A stretch of 64,000 bases of DNA, taken from positions 2,614,996 to 2,678,995 of the forward strand of contig NC_057718.1 in assembly GCF_004010195.1 (NCBI RefSeq), given 5' to 3'. The number at the start of each line of letters is the position of its first letter. The stretch's first letter is position 1. The stretch comes from Chiloscyllium plagiosum. Taxonomy: Eukaryota. The notes under the pieces are model-generated. The model was not told where the DNA came from. It made no database searches and worked only from the letters and a program-made list of their open reading frames with translations. The position numbers and the translations under genes are program-made. Of this stretch, positions 63,201 through 64,000 are shown piece by piece.

Positions 63201-64000
63201 GCCATTTTGGTTAACAAGTACTGGTTCCCACTTTTAGTTCTCGGGAGGGGAACTACACAATCAATTATAACCCAAGTGAAAGGTTCTTCAAATGTGGGAA
63301 TTGGTAACAAAGGTGCTGGTTTTATTACCGCCTGTGGCTTACCTATCATTTGGCATGTATGACACATATGACAAACGTTAACCACAGCCTTGTGCATTCC
63401 AGGCCAATAAAAGTATTTTTGTACCTTGGTCTGAGTCTTTCGTACCCCTAAGTGACCTTCAACAGCTAGTTCATATGCTACCTGTAACGCCGCCTGTCTG
63501 TATGCCACAGGCAACACAATCTGGTGCACTTCGTCCCATTTCTCTTTGGCACTAACCTGCCGTGGTCGAAATTTCCGTCTTAGGATTCTATCTTTCAGAT
63601 AATATCCCTCCGGAATATTCTCTGCCTCCTTTTCGGAGTGCACATCCACATATCTTTTTTATCATCTTGTCTTGCTGTTGTAAGTCCCTTAGCCTTTCAG
63701 GACTAAACACTTTTGTCTGACCCTCTGCCTGTTCAGGTTTTTCCTGCACCATTACTTCAAACAGGGTATCTGCTAACTGAACCTCAACTCCTTCAGCTTT
63801 CTCTTTAGTTTTTGCTTTGTGCTGTGACTTAAAATGGTGGGATCTGGTTACTACACAGTCTGGAAAATACCAGGATATTTCTGTTTTACCTCCTCAGTTT
63901 CTTGGTTTACCTTGGGCTTCTCCACAACAAGGGGTGTCACTCCCACCTTGGATCCTGCCAAATCATTCCCAAGAATAAACGTAATTCCTGGAACTGACAT
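60253..64000 (-). mobile_element. Gypsy (Gmr1-like), runs off the window end: INT, RT, RNase H, PPT, 3' LTR 60253-60939
   Basis: ORFs 62978-63649 (INT), 62250-62960, 61866-62275 (RT), 61391-61591 (RNase H); PPT atggggggagg; LTR family as 4066/6921. Confidence 0.92.

Overview
Eukaryotic, repeat-dense DNA with three assembly gaps of about 500 N. The repeat content points to a cartilaginous fish, probably a shark (inference): HE1/V-SINE-type tRNA SINEs, CR1/L3 LINEs, Penelope-like elements with minimal hammerhead ribozymes, and Gmr1-type Gypsy LTR elements with integrase upstream of RT. No intact host gene is visible. Buried among the repeats are exons of a non-rearranging, antigen-receptor-like Ig-superfamily family, mostly invisible in the ORF track. 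There are four single-exon VJ-type V domains (13616, 15965, 44420, 47943) with a germline GxGT/SxLxV J strand and no RSS. There is also a signal-peptide exon (25394), a LINE-disrupted TM-like remnant (~49735) and three phase-compatible cytoplasmic exons (50489, 52109, 53194) carrying ITSM/ITIM-type motifs. All copies are pseudogenised. A 1.4-kb segmental duplication, inverted copies of the gene's 3' flank and candidate antisense exons across the promoter suggest a birth-and-death cluster of multi-V inhibitory, NK-receptor-like genes. All coordinates were read by eye; repeat boundaries are approximate.
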